This document shows, one piece after another, positions 34,768 through 48,239 of a DNA stretch of 64,000 nucleotides. Source of the stretch: Pristiophorus japonicus (lineage: Eukaryota). Position 1 is the first letter of the stretch, and the number at the start of each line of letters is the position of its first letter. Both the position numbers and the translations under genes were made by a program. The stretch spans positions 180,048,001 to 180,112,000 of the forward strand of contig NC_091980.1 of the NCBI RefSeq assembly GCF_044704955.1. The letters run 5' to 3'. The notes beneath the pieces were generated by a model. That model made no database searches, was not told where the DNA came from, and saw only the letters and a list, made by a program, of their open reading frames with translations.

Positions 34768-37700
34768 ATGGGAATAATAGGGCGTTTGGGGGAGTTTCAA
34801 CGCAACCGTGAAAATTTCTGAGCGTATGTGGAGCGGCTGGAAATGTTTTTCACTGCAAACAATATCATCGAAGTCCCCAATGATGAAAACCATAACTGGG
34901 TGGTGTTGGAACGACAAAGGGCTATTTTATTAACTGAAGCAGGGCCCAAGGTGTATGAAACCTTGAAAAATTTGCTTGTACCTGTCAAGCCAAAGGACAC
35001 AACTCTTAAGCAGATTCAGCACTATAGCCCTGAGCCCCTGGAAATTGCTGAAAGTTATAGTTTCGGAATACGAGTTCAGTTAACCAAAGAAAATATCAAT
35101 GAGTACATTGTAGCATTAAAAAAGCTATTAATTCACTTTCAGGACCGAGCATTGCGTGACCGCTTTGCTTGTGGGATGAAAAATGATGCGATCAGAAAAA
35201 AGTTATTGACAACTCCTAACTTGACTTTTGATTTAGCTTGTCAGACAGTTATGTCAATGAACATGGCCGACCAACATTCCCGAGAATTTCATACTATGTT
35301 TAGTCATCAGACAACTGAGGTGAATCACCTGCAGTTTAAAAGTAAAAGGCAGTTGGGCCCCAAAGTCTCAGAAACAGGCCATGGTAACAGAGCATTGAAG
35401 TCCTGCTATCGGTGCGTGGGACAACACATTGCCTTCACATATGGACAACTTTGAGCAGTGTTTCATCTGTAGGAAAACTGGGCATCTTGCGAAGGCATGC
35501 CGACTGAAGGATAAACCAGCTTTCAAAGCTATGAGCAGAAATCCCCAGAGACTACATAGCATGGAAGAAAAACAACAGGACAAGGAGATTTGAGAGTTAA
35601 ACATTATCAGTAGCACGAGGTTAACGAACAGCGATTCAAAAAGTATCATAATCCATACAGATGTTGCAGGAACCAAGATACCCATGGAAATCGACACTGG
35701 TGCATCCGTGAGTGTAGTACCGGAGTCGCTATACCTCGACAAATTGTGTGATTTCCCATTGGAGAAATCCAAGATAGAGCTGCGAGGCTACTCAGGAGAA
35801 AACATTCCTGTGGTAGGTCGTATCACCATACCGGTGAAATACAAGGATCAATTTCAGAGCTTGCCTCTATTAGTAGTGGCTGGAGACAAGCCTGCCTTAT
35901 TTGGAAGAAATTGGTTGGGATCACTGAAGCTGGATTGGAGTGAGATTTTTCGTGTTGAAACGAGATTTGCATCAAAGGATGATGTCATCAAGAATTATCT
36001 GAAGGTGTTCTGCGAGATAGGCAGTCCAATCCAAGGGTTCAAGGCAAATGTCAGGGTACAGAAGGATGCGAGATCGGTTTACTGCAAGCCACGTTCCATA
36101 CCATATGCACTCAAGGAAAAAGTTGAGCAAGAACTCAAAAGACTAGAGACTGAGAACATTATTTCTAAAATAGATCTATGTAATTGGGCTACACCCATTG
36201 TTGATGTACCCAAGTCCGATGGTAAGGTAAGATTGTGCGGTGATTATAAAGTAACCGTAAACCAGGTTCTAGCGGGTAATGTCCCCAATACATTGCCAAA
36301 TGTAGGAGTATTGTTCACAACACTGACAGGTGGTCAGATCTTCACAAAGTTGTATCTTACGAATGCCTACTTACAGCTTGAACTAGATGAAGAATCCAAG
36401 TCATGCTTGACTATAAATACTCATCTAGGCCTATATCAATTTAATAGGCTACCGTTTGGAGTGTCTTCCACCCCTGCCATATTCCAAGGGGTGATGAACC
36501 AGATTTTGCAAGGTATTGAAGGGGTATTATGTTATTTAGATGACATACTCATTTCAGCACCAAATAGGCAAATTCATAATAACATATTGAATGAAGTCCT
36601 CAAACGGCTAGAGAAGCAGAGTACAAGTGTCTGCTTGCAAGTGTGAGTTATTTCAAAACTCAGTGGAGTACTTAGGGCACAGAGTAGACAAAGATGATTT
36701 ACATCCAACCAAGGAAAAGCTGGATGCAATCAGAAATACACCCACTCCCAAGAATGTCACTGAATTTCGATCATTTTTGGGTCTTTTGAACTATTATGGG
36801 AAGTTCCTACCAAATTTGGCTACAGTATTACATCCACTGAATGAACTATTGAAAAAACAGGTCATTGGAAGTGGTCAGAAGAATGTGATACAGCATTCAA
36901 GGAGTGTAAAAGCAAATTGGTGGAGAGCAACATTTTAGTTCACTATGACGTATCGAAGGAGATCAAGCTAGCATGTGATGCCTCTCCCTATGGAGTTGGG
37001 GCAGTGATCTCTCATGTATTACGTAGTGGGGAGGAGACACCAACTGCTTTTGCTTCACGCACTCTCAGTGCCAGTGAGCATAATTATGCGCAAATCAAAA
37101 GGGAAGCTTTGGCATTAATTTTCGGCGTCAAGAAGTTCCATAAATACTTGTATGGTCGTAAGTTTACCATCATTATGGACCATAAGCACCTGACAGCAAT
37201 CCTCCATCCAAAGTCCCCAGCTCCAACATTAGTTGCAGCACGAATGCAGAGATGGGCTTTGATTTTGTCAGCATATACATATGATATTGAATACAGACAA
37301 TCAGCTGATCACAGTAATGCTGATGCTATGTCTAGATTGCCTTCCCCATCACAAGTTACACCCGAACTGCCAGTCACAGCTGAAAAGATTGGTAGAGCAA
37401 CCAAACGTGACGCAGTTATGTCAAAGGTGTATGATTATATTGCAAATGGTTGGCCAAACCAGGTAACGGACAAATATATTCATCCATTCTTCATTCGTAG
37501 GAATGAATTATCAGTCGATAAAGATTGTATCATGTGGGGTGCAAGAGCGGTTATACCAAATAAATTCAGGACCAAATTATTAGGAGACCTCCATGACCAG
37601 CACCTGGGAATGTGCTTGACCAAGAGTTTTGAACACAGTTACTTATGGTGGCCAGGTCTTGATAAAGATACAGAGTACAGCGTCAGTCAGTGTTCGACAT

Positions 37701-38500
37701 CTCAATTGGTAAGCAAGAACCCACCATCAGTACCATTACAGCCATGGAAATGGCCTCCCAGGTGTGGCAAAGGCTACATATTGATTTTGCTGAGTTAGAA
37801 GGACAACAATTGTTCATTGTGATTGATAGCCATTCGAAATGGGTTGAGGTTTTTCCAATGTGGAAAATAAAAGTAAAACATTCGACATTTTACGAAGATT
37901 ATTTTCTTTATTTGGCCTCCCAGAAGAAATTGTTTCTCATAAATGGACCACAATTTTGTTCAGAAGAATTTGCACAGTTCATGAGCAAAAATGGTGTGAA
38001 ACATCCCAAGATTCCACCGTACCACCTTGCTTCAAATGGTGCAGCATAGCGCACTGTATAAATTGTAAAGCATGCCCTCATCAAACAGATGTTGGATCCA
38101 AATCCAAAGAAACGACAATTGTCATTGGACCACAAATTGGCTAATTTTCTAATTACATATCGTAACACTCCTCATACAACTACTGGTAGAACACCAGCAG
38201 AGTTGTTTCTCAAACGACAGCCACAAACCAGATTTTCGTTGTTAAAACCAAACTTGGTACAGTCCGTAGAAAAGAAACAGTTAAGACAGAAAGAGAATCA
38301 TGATAGAGGTAGAGCAAAAAAGACAGAAGTGTAAAATGAAATCATAGGTGAGAGTGAAGAACCATCACCATAAATGGTTAAAGTGGTTACCAGGAAGAGT
38401 GGTGAAGATATGTGGTCCTCGCACATATTTGATCAAGATGTTTGATCATGGACAAGTTAGGTTTGTTCACATTGATCATATTTTACCTACAGACGTGAAA
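34768..38500 (+). pseudogene. Disrupted gag-pol of Gypsy element 1
   Basis: ORF pieces 34828..35454, 35684..36646, 36627..36938, 36917..37798, 37690..38049 and 38089..38334 are in PR-RT-RH-IN order with stops and frameshifts. Confidence 0.9.
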
Positions 38501-39007
38501 ATAGTTGAACGTGGGAATGATTAAATTATTTCTGACTCATCAGATAGTTTTGATACACCAGTAGCATATCCTATATCCAATGTACTGGAAACAATCCAAG
38601 AGAAAGTCAGAATTTAAGACTGAGTCCGAGTCAGGCAGACGAACAGTTTGAAGTTAGAGAGAATTTAAATGGAAATCAAGGGCATTCCTTGGAGGAAAAC
38701 TTTCCTCAGGATCAGCCTCGAATGAGTTTAAATTTGGCACCAAGTTTGGAAGGTTCTGATTGAGAGCGAAGGTATCATCTTCGAAACAGAAAACAAGTGA
38801 TTAAGCTTGATTTGTAAATATGGCAAAATAAGTCCATATCTTTTGTTATGTATAACCATGCAAGTTATGTATGATGATTATTTTGTTATAATTACTTCTT
38901 CATTAAGGAGGGAGAAGTGTAACTCACCTGTGGACTCCTGTGGTACTGCAGCCAATGCTGTTTATAATAAAGGGAAGAAGTCACCTGATTCTGGTGAGTT
39001 CCGGTAT

Positions 39008-39313
39008 AGAAGAACATAAGAATTAGGAACAGGAGTAGGCCATCTAGCCCCTCGAGCCTATTCACCCCATTCAATAAGATCATGGCTGATCTGGCCGTGG
39101 ACTCAGCTCCACTTACCCGCCCGCTCCCCATAACCCATAATTCCCTTATTGGTTAAAAATCTATCTATCTGTGACTTGAATACATTCAATGAGCTAGCCT
39201 CAACTGCTTACTTGGGCAGAGAATTCCACAGATTCACAGCCTTCTGCGAGAAGAAATTCCTTCTCAACTCGGTTTTAAATTGGCTCCCCCATATTTTGAG
39301 GCTGTGCCCCCTA
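39008..39313 (-). mobile_element. CR1 3' fragment inserted in the 3' LTR of Gypsy element 1
   Basis: The 5' LTR reads ccggtat|gttctgcc; the 3' LTR has 306 bp of CR1 tail between these two words. Confidence 0.92.
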
Positions 39314-39604
39314 GTTCTGCCATCTTAAAGCTGGGTGTGTTTCTGTGAGTTACTGAAAATATAACAGCAACTCTGCATTTTTTTTTTAAAAAGGCACTTT
39401 TGCATGTCAACACGCCCAATTAAACACGTCACCTTGAAAACCAGTATAAGGCTTTCAATAATTCCCTATCTGCAGGTTAAATTTAGAACATGTTAAGCAC
39501 ACAAACATTGTTCTGGGTATCATGAACATTAAGAAGGAAGAAATAATTCATCGTATGTTGGAAGAGATGCAGAACAAGTATGCAATAGATTTTAACTCAT
39601 TTAC

Positions 39605-39723
39605 CTGTCCTTGTTTGTTGGGAGAAATGTGGTCTACGACTTCTTGTCTCATTAACCTTCCGTTGGGACTATCTCGAAGTGCAGATGTTACCTTTGATAC
39701 AGATGGGATGTGCCAGGTTGGTT
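39605..39723 (-). CDS. SIPA1L1: SIPA1L1-like coding exon
   Basis: Acceptor atgtatttcag and donor CAG|gtaaat. 119 nt, phase 1 to 0. (E)[39 protein letters not shown] resembles SIPA1L1 [40 protein letters not shown]. Confidence 0.92.
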
Positions 39724-40951
39724 CTGAAATACATAATTACAATACTTTTTATATAAAATAAAGAGAGGAGGATTTCTCCTTCTGCAGTGCTTATTATTTA
39801 CAAACAAGACAAATATTAATTACAGAGAGTTTCAACTGACTTCACACTGGCTTAAAATGAAACCTGGAAGAGCTGTAATGTCGACTTTGAAAGTTATACA
39901 ATTCATTCTAAATTCATGTTGGAAACTGCTGACTGTTGTGGTCCCACGAAGAGCTGTAATTGTAATTTCAGATGTTCTAATTAATGGAATCTTTCGAAAA
40001 TGCATACAGCACAGCTGTGTAGCATTTGTAAATCTTAGAATGGGAATTCAGGTCAAACTCTCATGTCTCAGAAAAGCACAACAAAGCAATTCTTCAAGCC
40101 TCCCGATGCCTACCTTTCCAAAAATATACACACAGTAGAATATTTCAGAATAAAAATGAATGCACATTCTACCCACGAGATTGCAAGATAAAATGTGAAT
40201 AGATAATGAATGGGGAAAATATTTATTTTCCAACAACAAGGACACCTTTCTGACAGTCCATTCAACTCGTCAATTCCCTGCCAGACAAACCAGAGCAAGT
40301 AGACATCCTGCAGCCCAGCCATGCAGCACTAAGGATGAATTCTATGCCTATAGTGCCTGCAGTCAATGTGGGATATGGCTCCCCACCAGCTCAACTTTAG
40401 CCTGCCAACAACCAACAGGTGGTGCTGTTCAAATGACCAGACTGGTCAACATAGCTCAGCGTAAGTATCTGCACATATTCTGTGAACTGAAACATGCCCC
40501 AACTTCATTTCAAAAAGGAATTCTATTTTGTTTTAAACAGAGGCTTAATTTTCAAAAAAAATTAAAAGTGCTTGCAGCGTGTTACAGCCTTGTAATGCAC
40601 ATACGTCTCCAACCCAGCTTAGAATGACAACCTGATATAGATCAGTTTACTTACTGATATGAAATGCAAAAACTAAGGCAGAATAAAAGACTGCTTACTG
40701 CGACATTTAAAGAAAATTCAGTATGCGATGGAGTAATGTAACATACATACATTTTCTAACTTAGGATTCGATACAAGTAATTACAATGTACCAATCTCGT
40801 CTTAGCATTTTTTTATTCCAGATTTTTGTCTGTCCGTCAGGGTTGCACTGTCTTTTCCCCCCAGAATTCTGGATTAAAAACATTACTAAATTATTGAGAA
40901 AAAAATCTTTGGTTAAAATACTCAGCTGTTTTCATTGACCTCTTTCTTCAT

Positions 40952-41270
40952 CTTTCGGATGAGACATTAAATCGAGGCCCCGTCTGCCCTCAGGTGAACA
41001 TAAAAGATCCCATGGCACTATTTCAAAGAAGAGCAGGGGAGTTATCCCCAGTATCCTGGCCAATGTTTATCCCTCAATCAAAATAACAAAAACAGATTAT
41101 ATGGTCATTATCACATTGTTGTTTGTGGGAGCTTGCTGTGCGCAAGTTGGCTGCTGCGTTTCCCACATTACAGCCGTGACTACACTCCAAAAGTACTTAA
41201 TTGGCTGTAAAGCGCTTTGAGACGTCCAGGGGCCGGGATAGGCACTATATAAATGCAAGTCTTTCTTTAT
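40952..41270 (+). mobile_element. 5'-truncated SacSINE1-like SINE
   Basis: High similarity to 8335-8637. Confidence 0.85.
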
Positions 41271-41735
41271 TTTTCTTACACAAAAAACCTTAAATTAAAA
41301 ATGCTTTCTAGTAATATTCCACATCCGTGGAGTTATAAAGCACCCAATTGCACCAACAGATAACAGATGAAATTCAATGTAGAGAATGCAAAGTGCTTCA
41401 CATGTGAACAAAACATCATGGAAGGGACTATTACATCATGGAAAGAGAATAATGTGCATTGAAAATGAGAGCTCTGGTGGGATGCTGATTGACAATAAAT
41501 CGAAGCTATCACAACAATGCTCGGTGACAGCGAGTAAAGCAAATCAGATGTTATGATGCATTAGGTGGGCAATATTGAGACAAAAAAGGTGAGGTGATTA
41601 GCATCAAGAACTCACAGACCACAATATGATGCAAGGAAAAGCTCTATCTAGTCGGGCCCGATGATGTGCCTTAATCCCAGCCTCAAAAAGACCGTCCTCT
41701 ATTGGACCAGTGTGGCATTTCCACTTCCCACACGC

Positions 41736-42512
41736 CAGGAAAAATAGAAAAGCAGAGTATTTTTGAAATAGTGAGAGATTGGGAAGTGTTGATGATGAGA
41801 GGGACCAGGGTGTCCATGTACACAAATCACTGAATGTTAACATGCAGGTACAGCAAGCAATTATGACAGCAAATGGAATGTTGGCCTTTATTACAAGAGG
41901 ATTTGAGTATAAGAGTAAGGCGTCTTACTGCAATTATATGGGACCCTGGGTGAGACCACACCTGTAGTATTGTGTACAGTTTGGTCTCCTTGCCGAAGGA
42001 AGGATATATTTGCCATTGAGGGAATGCACCGAAGGTTCACCAGTCTTATTCCTGGGATGGGGGGATTGTCCTATGAGGAGAGATTGAGTAGACTAGGCCT
42101 ATATTCTCTGGAGTTTAGAAGAATAAGAGGTGATCTCATTGAAACATACAAAATTCTTACAGGGCTTGACAGGGTAGATGCAGGGAGGATGTTTCTTCTG
42201 GCTGAGGAGACTAGAACCAGGGATCACAGTCTCAGAATAAGGGGTTAGCCATTTAGGATTGAGATGAGGAGAAACTTCTTCACTCAGAGGGTGGTAAATC
42301 TTTGGAATTCTCTACCCCAGAGGGCTGTGGAGGCTCAGTCAGCGTATATTCAAGACAGAGATCAATAGATTTTTGGATATCAAAGGAATCAAAGGATATG
42401 GGGATAGTGCAGAAAGGTTGAGTTGAGGGAGACGATCCGCCATGATCTCATTGAGTGGCGGAGCAGGATCGAGGGGCCGAATGGCCTACTCCTACTCCTA
42501 ATTCTTATGTTC
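41736..42512 (+). mobile_element. CR1 3' fragment
   Basis: ORFs 41779..41967 and 41970..42248 (VRPHL; RRFTSLIPGM.GLSYEERLSRLGLYSLEFRR), with a ttcttatgttct tail. Confidence 0.9.
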
Positions 42513-42881
42513 TTTCCATGGCTCATCTGAAGGTGGTTGGTTTTCTTACTTGCAAAACAGCAAAGTTCCCATACCTGTGGGCAGATCTACCTGCCCAACA
42601 CATTATAAAAATATCATCCAGTTCAACATTTTATTAAAAAAACCTTATGGCATGTCACCCCATCTCTTTAATCGCTCTGATTCCTATATCCCCAACAAGC
42701 TCTCTGTTAATGTGTGGAGCACCAAGCTACACTGATTAGTTCTAGCTTTGGAGGGAGGGAGGGAAGATAAACTTGATTTCCAAGCACAGCTTCTACACAG
42801 CACAAAACAATGACTAGAATGAGAACTTTCAAGAACGCACAAAAAGTCTGACCACCGTATACAACGCCGCACATCCTTTAA

Positions 42882-44026
42882 CACATAAGAACATAAGAAA
42901 TAGGAGCAGGAGTAGGCCATACGGCCCCTCGGGCCTGCTCCACCATTCAATAAGATCGTGACTGATCTAATCATGGACTCAGCTCCACTTCCCTGCCCGC
43001 TCCCCATGACCCCTTATCCCCTTATCATTTAATAAACTGTCTGTTTCTGTCTTAAATTTAGTCAATGTCCCGGCTTCCACAGCTCTCTGAGGCAGCGAAT
43101 TCCACAGATTTACAACCCTCAGAGAAGAAATTTCTCCTCATCTCTGTTTTAAATGGGCAGCCCCTTATTCTAAGATCATGCCCTCTAGTTCTAGTCTCCC
43201 CCATCAGTGGAAACATCCTCTCTGCATTCACCTTGTCAAGCCCCCTCATAATCTTGTACGTTTCGATAAGATCACCTCTCATTCTTCTGAATTCCAATGA
43301 GTAGAGGTCCAACCTACTCAACCTTTCCTCATAAGTCAACCCCCTCATCCCCGGAATCAACCTAGTGAACCTTCTCTGAACTGCCTCCAAAGCAAGTATA
43401 TCCTTTTGTAAATATGGAAACCAAAACTGCATGCAGTATTCCAGGTGTGGCCTCACCAATACCTTATATAGCTGTAGCAAGACTTCCCTGCTTTTATACT
43501 CCACCCCCTTTGCAATAAAGGCCAAGATACCATTGGCCTTCCTGATCACTTGCTGTACCTGCATACTATCCTTTTGTGTTTCATGCACAAGTACCCCCAG
43601 GTCCCGCTGTACTGCGGCACTTTGCAATCTTTCTCCATTTAAATAATAACTTGCTCTTCGATTTTTTTCTGCCAAAGTGCATGACCTCACACTTTGACAT
43701 TATATTCCATCTGCCAAATTTTTGCCCAGTCACTTAGCCTGTCTATGTCCTTTTGCAGATTTTTTGTGTCCTCCTCACACACTGCTTTTCGTCCCATCTT
43801 TGTATCATCAGCAAACTTGGCTACGTTACACTCAGTCCCTTCTTCCAAGTTGTTAAAAAGATTGTAAATTATTGGGGTTCCAGCACTGATCCCTGCGGCA
43901 TCCCACTAGTTACTGGTTGCCAACCAGAGAATGAACCATTTATCCCAACTCTCTGTTCTCGGTTAGTTAGCCAATCCTCTATTCATGCTAATATATTACC
44001 CCAACCCCGTGAACTTTTATCTTGTG
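42882..44026 (-). mobile_element. CR1 3' fragment (~1.15 kb), young subfamily
   Basis: ORF 43058..43690 is the CR1 ORF2 C-terminus. RT region further up (PQGSV-like; FADDTK). Tail (cataagaa)n at 42882. Confidence 0.92.
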
Positions 44027-44696
44027 CTTCCTTTCCCCAGTTTTCACTCTGTGATGAGCATTGCATGTACCAGTAGAAACTTCCAGGTGGGAAACAAAGT
44101 CAATATAAGATAATACAAGCTCTTTTTGCTGAAGTACTCTACATTTTGCTGTTGTGTACAAATACTGTGAAGGTGTCCACAGCAGCCATACTGCACCAGG
44201 CAAGAACGATTGGGCAATGCCATCTGATGGTGGTGGTGGACAGGTCACCACAGTGGAGCCCCTAGAAAGAGTACACTGAACGTTTGGTGGCTACCACAAG
44301 AATAATCTTGGGAGGAGCACCAACCCTAAACATGGAGTATAACAGGTTTATTAATTAAACCATGAGACTACAGAATGACTTGGCGTGTTCTCCAAACAAA
44401 GACCATCACTGAGTGTTGGGCTCGGTACAGGATGCATAAAGTTTTGGGATTAGTACATGATGTCCATGCTTTTTGCATTATTATTGTTAGAAAGTTATTC
44501 AACATGTTTAATGGTGAATTCTGTAACATTTAGTAATCTCAACACACAAAATTAAAAACAAATTATCAACCCAATGCTGAAAGCACCAGTTCTACTATGA
44601 GTCATAACATTATTGTACAATCGTAGTTCTCAAATATTAAAACACTACCAATTAATGAATTAATACAAGACCATGAGTTCTGTTGTACACGGGACA

Positions 44697-45480
44697 CTAT
44701 TTCCGCACTTTGGCAGAAAAAAAAAATCAAAGAGCAAGTTATTATTTAAATGCAGAAAGATTGAAAAGTGCCGCAATACAGCAGGACCTGGGGGCACTTG
44801 TGCATGAAACACAAAAGGATAGTATGCAGATACAGCAAGTGATCAGGAAGGCTAATGGTATCTTGGCCTTTATTGCAAAGGGGATGGAGTATAAAAGTAG
44901 GGAAGTCTTGCTACAGCTATATAAGGTATTGGTGAGGCCACACCTGGACTACTGCGTGCAGTTTTGGTTTCCATATTTACGAAAGGATATACTTGCTTTG
45001 GAGGCAGTTCAGAGAAGGTTCACGAGGTTGATTCCGGGGATGAGGGGGTTGACTTATGAGGAAAGGTTGAGTAGGTTGGGCCTCTACTCATTAGAATTCA
45101 GAAGAATGAGAGGTAATCTTATCAAAACGTATAAGATTATGGAGGGGCTTGACAAGGTGGATGCAGAGAGGTTGTTTCCACTGATGGGGGAGACTAGAAC
45201 TAGAGGGCATGATCTTAGAATAAGGGGCCGCCCATTTAAAACAGAGATGAGGAGAAATTTCTTCTGAGGGTTGTAAATCTGTGGAATTCGCTGTCTCAGA
45301 GAGCTGTGGAAGCTGGGACATAGACAGTTTCTTAAATGATAAGGGGATAAGGGGTTATGGGGAGCAGGCGGGGAAGTGAAGCTGAGTCCATGATCAGATC
45401 AGCCATGATCTTGTTGAATGGCGGAGCAGGCTCGAGGGGCCGTATGGCCTACTCCTGTTCCTATTTCTTATGTTCTTATG
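44697..45480 (+). mobile_element. CR1 3' fragment, same subfamily and inverted relative to 42882-44026
   Basis: ORF 44683..45267 is nearly identical in protein sequence to 43058..43690. Ends in the (ttcttatg)n tail. Confidence 0.92.
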
Positions 45481-47129
45481 ATCGATTTCCAATTTGTACT
45501 ATCACGGGGAAGTAGCAAGCAGCCCTTGCTTTCGCCTGGACCAGGTGTTAACCAATAGCTTACCCTAATGGCAAAGTTAGGGCATTTTTCTACTGGTACA
45601 TGCAATGCTCATCACAAAGTGCAAACTGGAGGAAAGAATACACACCCCAAACACTCCTTTACTCTTTACATATTCTCAAGGGTCAGATTTTTAGAAAGCA
45701 AATATGAAACACCAGAAACATAAAGGAAACAAAACTGAAAATGCTGGATCCTTTGCCAGAACAGATCTGAAACATTACTTTCTTTCATAGAAAATGCTTC
45801 AGTGTGTCTTGGGTTCAAACCATTGGATCTCCGATAGGCATCTGATTTACCAACCATATTGATGCCCATTTAGCAACTACACTGCAAGGCTCATAATTCA
45901 CAACTACAGACTGGACTTTGAAGATCAGAGCTAAGTCCAATATATTTAATTACAAAACACTGTTGCTCAGCACTAACGGGCATCAGATGGTTAAAACAGA
46001 AATGGCTTTTCTTTTAAAAAAGAAAGCGGATTATTGGATTTCAGTGTCATCAGTGCGAGCTAACCGATGACACTGTTGACTTTGCACAAGTTCACTGATG
46101 TTGAGCCCAGTTTAAATAATAAACTTGCGTCATTAGTTCCTGGGTGTTGCAGAGCCACTTATTGATGGCCATGGATATGCAGCAGGGGGATGGGCGGTTT
46201 CACATTCATTATTGTCATCACAATTACCATGAATCTTCAGGGCTAAACTATATCCTGTCGAACACACTGCAATTTGATGCACATGATAATGACAGGCTTT
46301 TGCAGACAGAGCAGATGGCTGGTCAGGGAAGAGAAAAGGGAAAGAGGAAAAAGAAAGAACACGAGAACGCTGCATGTAACCAGAAACTCATTTATTATGA
46401 AAATGAGGACAAGGCCATTTTGGCAACAACAGAGCTCTCTAAATATTTGGAATTAGTTCGGAGTGCTGGTGTGTTTTAGCACTCAGTGCTGTACTGCATT
46501 TTCATTTCAAATAAAAGCTCAACCAATGGCCTAACCTTCCATGCTTAGAAATCTCAAGAATCACTGCATAGACTGCGAGACGTTCATCAAAACGCTTCAA
46601 CTTAAATATGAAGCTTGATGGCAAATAGTCTTTTCCAAAGAGGATCGTTTCATTATAGGTCATAGAAAAGTGAATCAATTAAAATTAATCTCGTCACTTG
46701 CAATTAGTTTCTAGATTTTTCTTCAACAAAAAAATTATATTGCTCAAAGATAATACAGACATACGACGAGTTGTGAGCACATTACATTCTTCCCATTTCT
46801 AGGACATCTACATTATCTCCTGTGCTTTTCAACCATGGAATTGCCTGGCCTTCAACTTGGGTTTCTCAGTAGCAATCGGCATCCTACAAATGTCAACAAT
46901 GACAGCTTATAATATGATTGGTGCTTGAGCACTGCAATTTGTAAAAAGAAAAGTTCCCCACAGCCGTGTAAATGCCATTTTTTGGTCGCCCCCATAACAA
47001 ATGGACAACTTATTCTGGTTAGGATGGGTACACAGCATCAAAACATCTTTAACCCAAATATTAATGACCAGATAAATACAGCGACAGAGTAATTGAACAC
47101 TTAGGCAAGTATGCACTGTTGGGGAGAGT

Positions 47130-48225
47130 TGGCATGGATCTCTGATGGGTAGGTCATATCAGACTAACTTAAGTTGAATTTTTTGAGGAGGTCATTACCA
47201 TGGTGGATAAGAGAGTGACTATGAAAGTTGTCTATGTAGACTTTCAGGTTCTACACAAGGGATTATTAATAAGTATGAAAGCACACGAAATTGGAGGTTA
47301 TATTCTGACATGGGTTGGTAATTGGTTGGGAGTTAGAAAACGGAAAAGAATAGGGATTAAGAGAACATTCACTGATTGGTAGGATGAGACAAGTGGTGTT
47401 CCCAGGGATATGTACTGGAGCGTCAGAGCTTTTCACTAATGACTTGGATGAAGGAATAGAAGGCTGCAAAGCTAAGTTTGCAGACATCAAGTTAGGAGGC
47501 ATTGTAAGACAGCCAAGAAAGACAAATCTGAATATTTTCTTAATAGTGAGAGACTGAGAGCTGTGGAGGAGCAAAGGGATTTATCCGTCCATGTACATAA
47601 ATTACTAAAAGCGAGTTCACAGGTACAAAAATAATCAAAAAGGCAAATGGAATGTTAGCTTTTTCCTCAAGGGGGTTGGAATACAAGGTGATGAAGCAAT
47701 GCTACAGTTGTATAGAGCATTAGGCACATCTAATCTGGTCATATTCAATCTATTTTCGGCATTGACTCTCAGGAAGGATATATTTGTCTTGGAGGGGGTG
47801 CATTGCAGATTCACCAGAATGAGACCAGGACTTAAAGGGTTACGTTATGAGGACAGGTTGCATGCATTTGGTTTGTATTCCCTGGAGTTCAGAAAGTTGA
47901 GGGTTGATCTAATCAAGGTATTTAAAATGATAAAGGGATTTAATAGGGTAGATATCGATAAACTCCTTCCCTGTGAAACTCCCCACGGAAAATCTAGAAC
48001 AATGATGCACTAGGCCATTTAGAAGTCAAGTCAGGAAGCACTTCACACAAAGGGTAAGGGAAATTTGGAACTCTCTCCCTCAAAAGGCAGTAAATGCTGT
48101 GTCAATTGGAATATTAAAAACCGAGATTTATGTTTTTGGTGAGGGTATCAAAGAATATGGAGCAAAGGTGGATAAGTGGAGTTGAGGTACAGATTAGCCG
48201 TGATGGCGGAACAGGTTTGATAGTC
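47130..48225 (+). mobile_element. Degraded CR1 RT and 3' fragment
   Basis: Motifs VVYVDFQ, SGVPQG, KFADIKLGG and LEGVHCRFTRMRPGLKGLRYEDRL. Confidence 0.8.
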
Positions 48226-48239
48226 CCTATTCACACTAT

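Larger units (their letters stand above)
34532..39366 (+). mobile_element. Gypsy/Ty3 (Mag-like) LTR retrotransposon, decayed, with short LTRs
   Basis: 5' LTR 34532-34675 (~144 bp). 3' LTR 38918-39366, split by a CR1. PBS tggcaatgaagatggg (34677) resembles the tRNA-Ser(GCU) complement. PPT aaggagggagaag at 38905-38917. Domains: gag with CCHC remnants, protease IDTGAS, RT YLDD, RNase H (LACDASPYGVGAV) and integrase (RLHIDFA...VIDSHSKWVEV). Confidence 0.95.
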
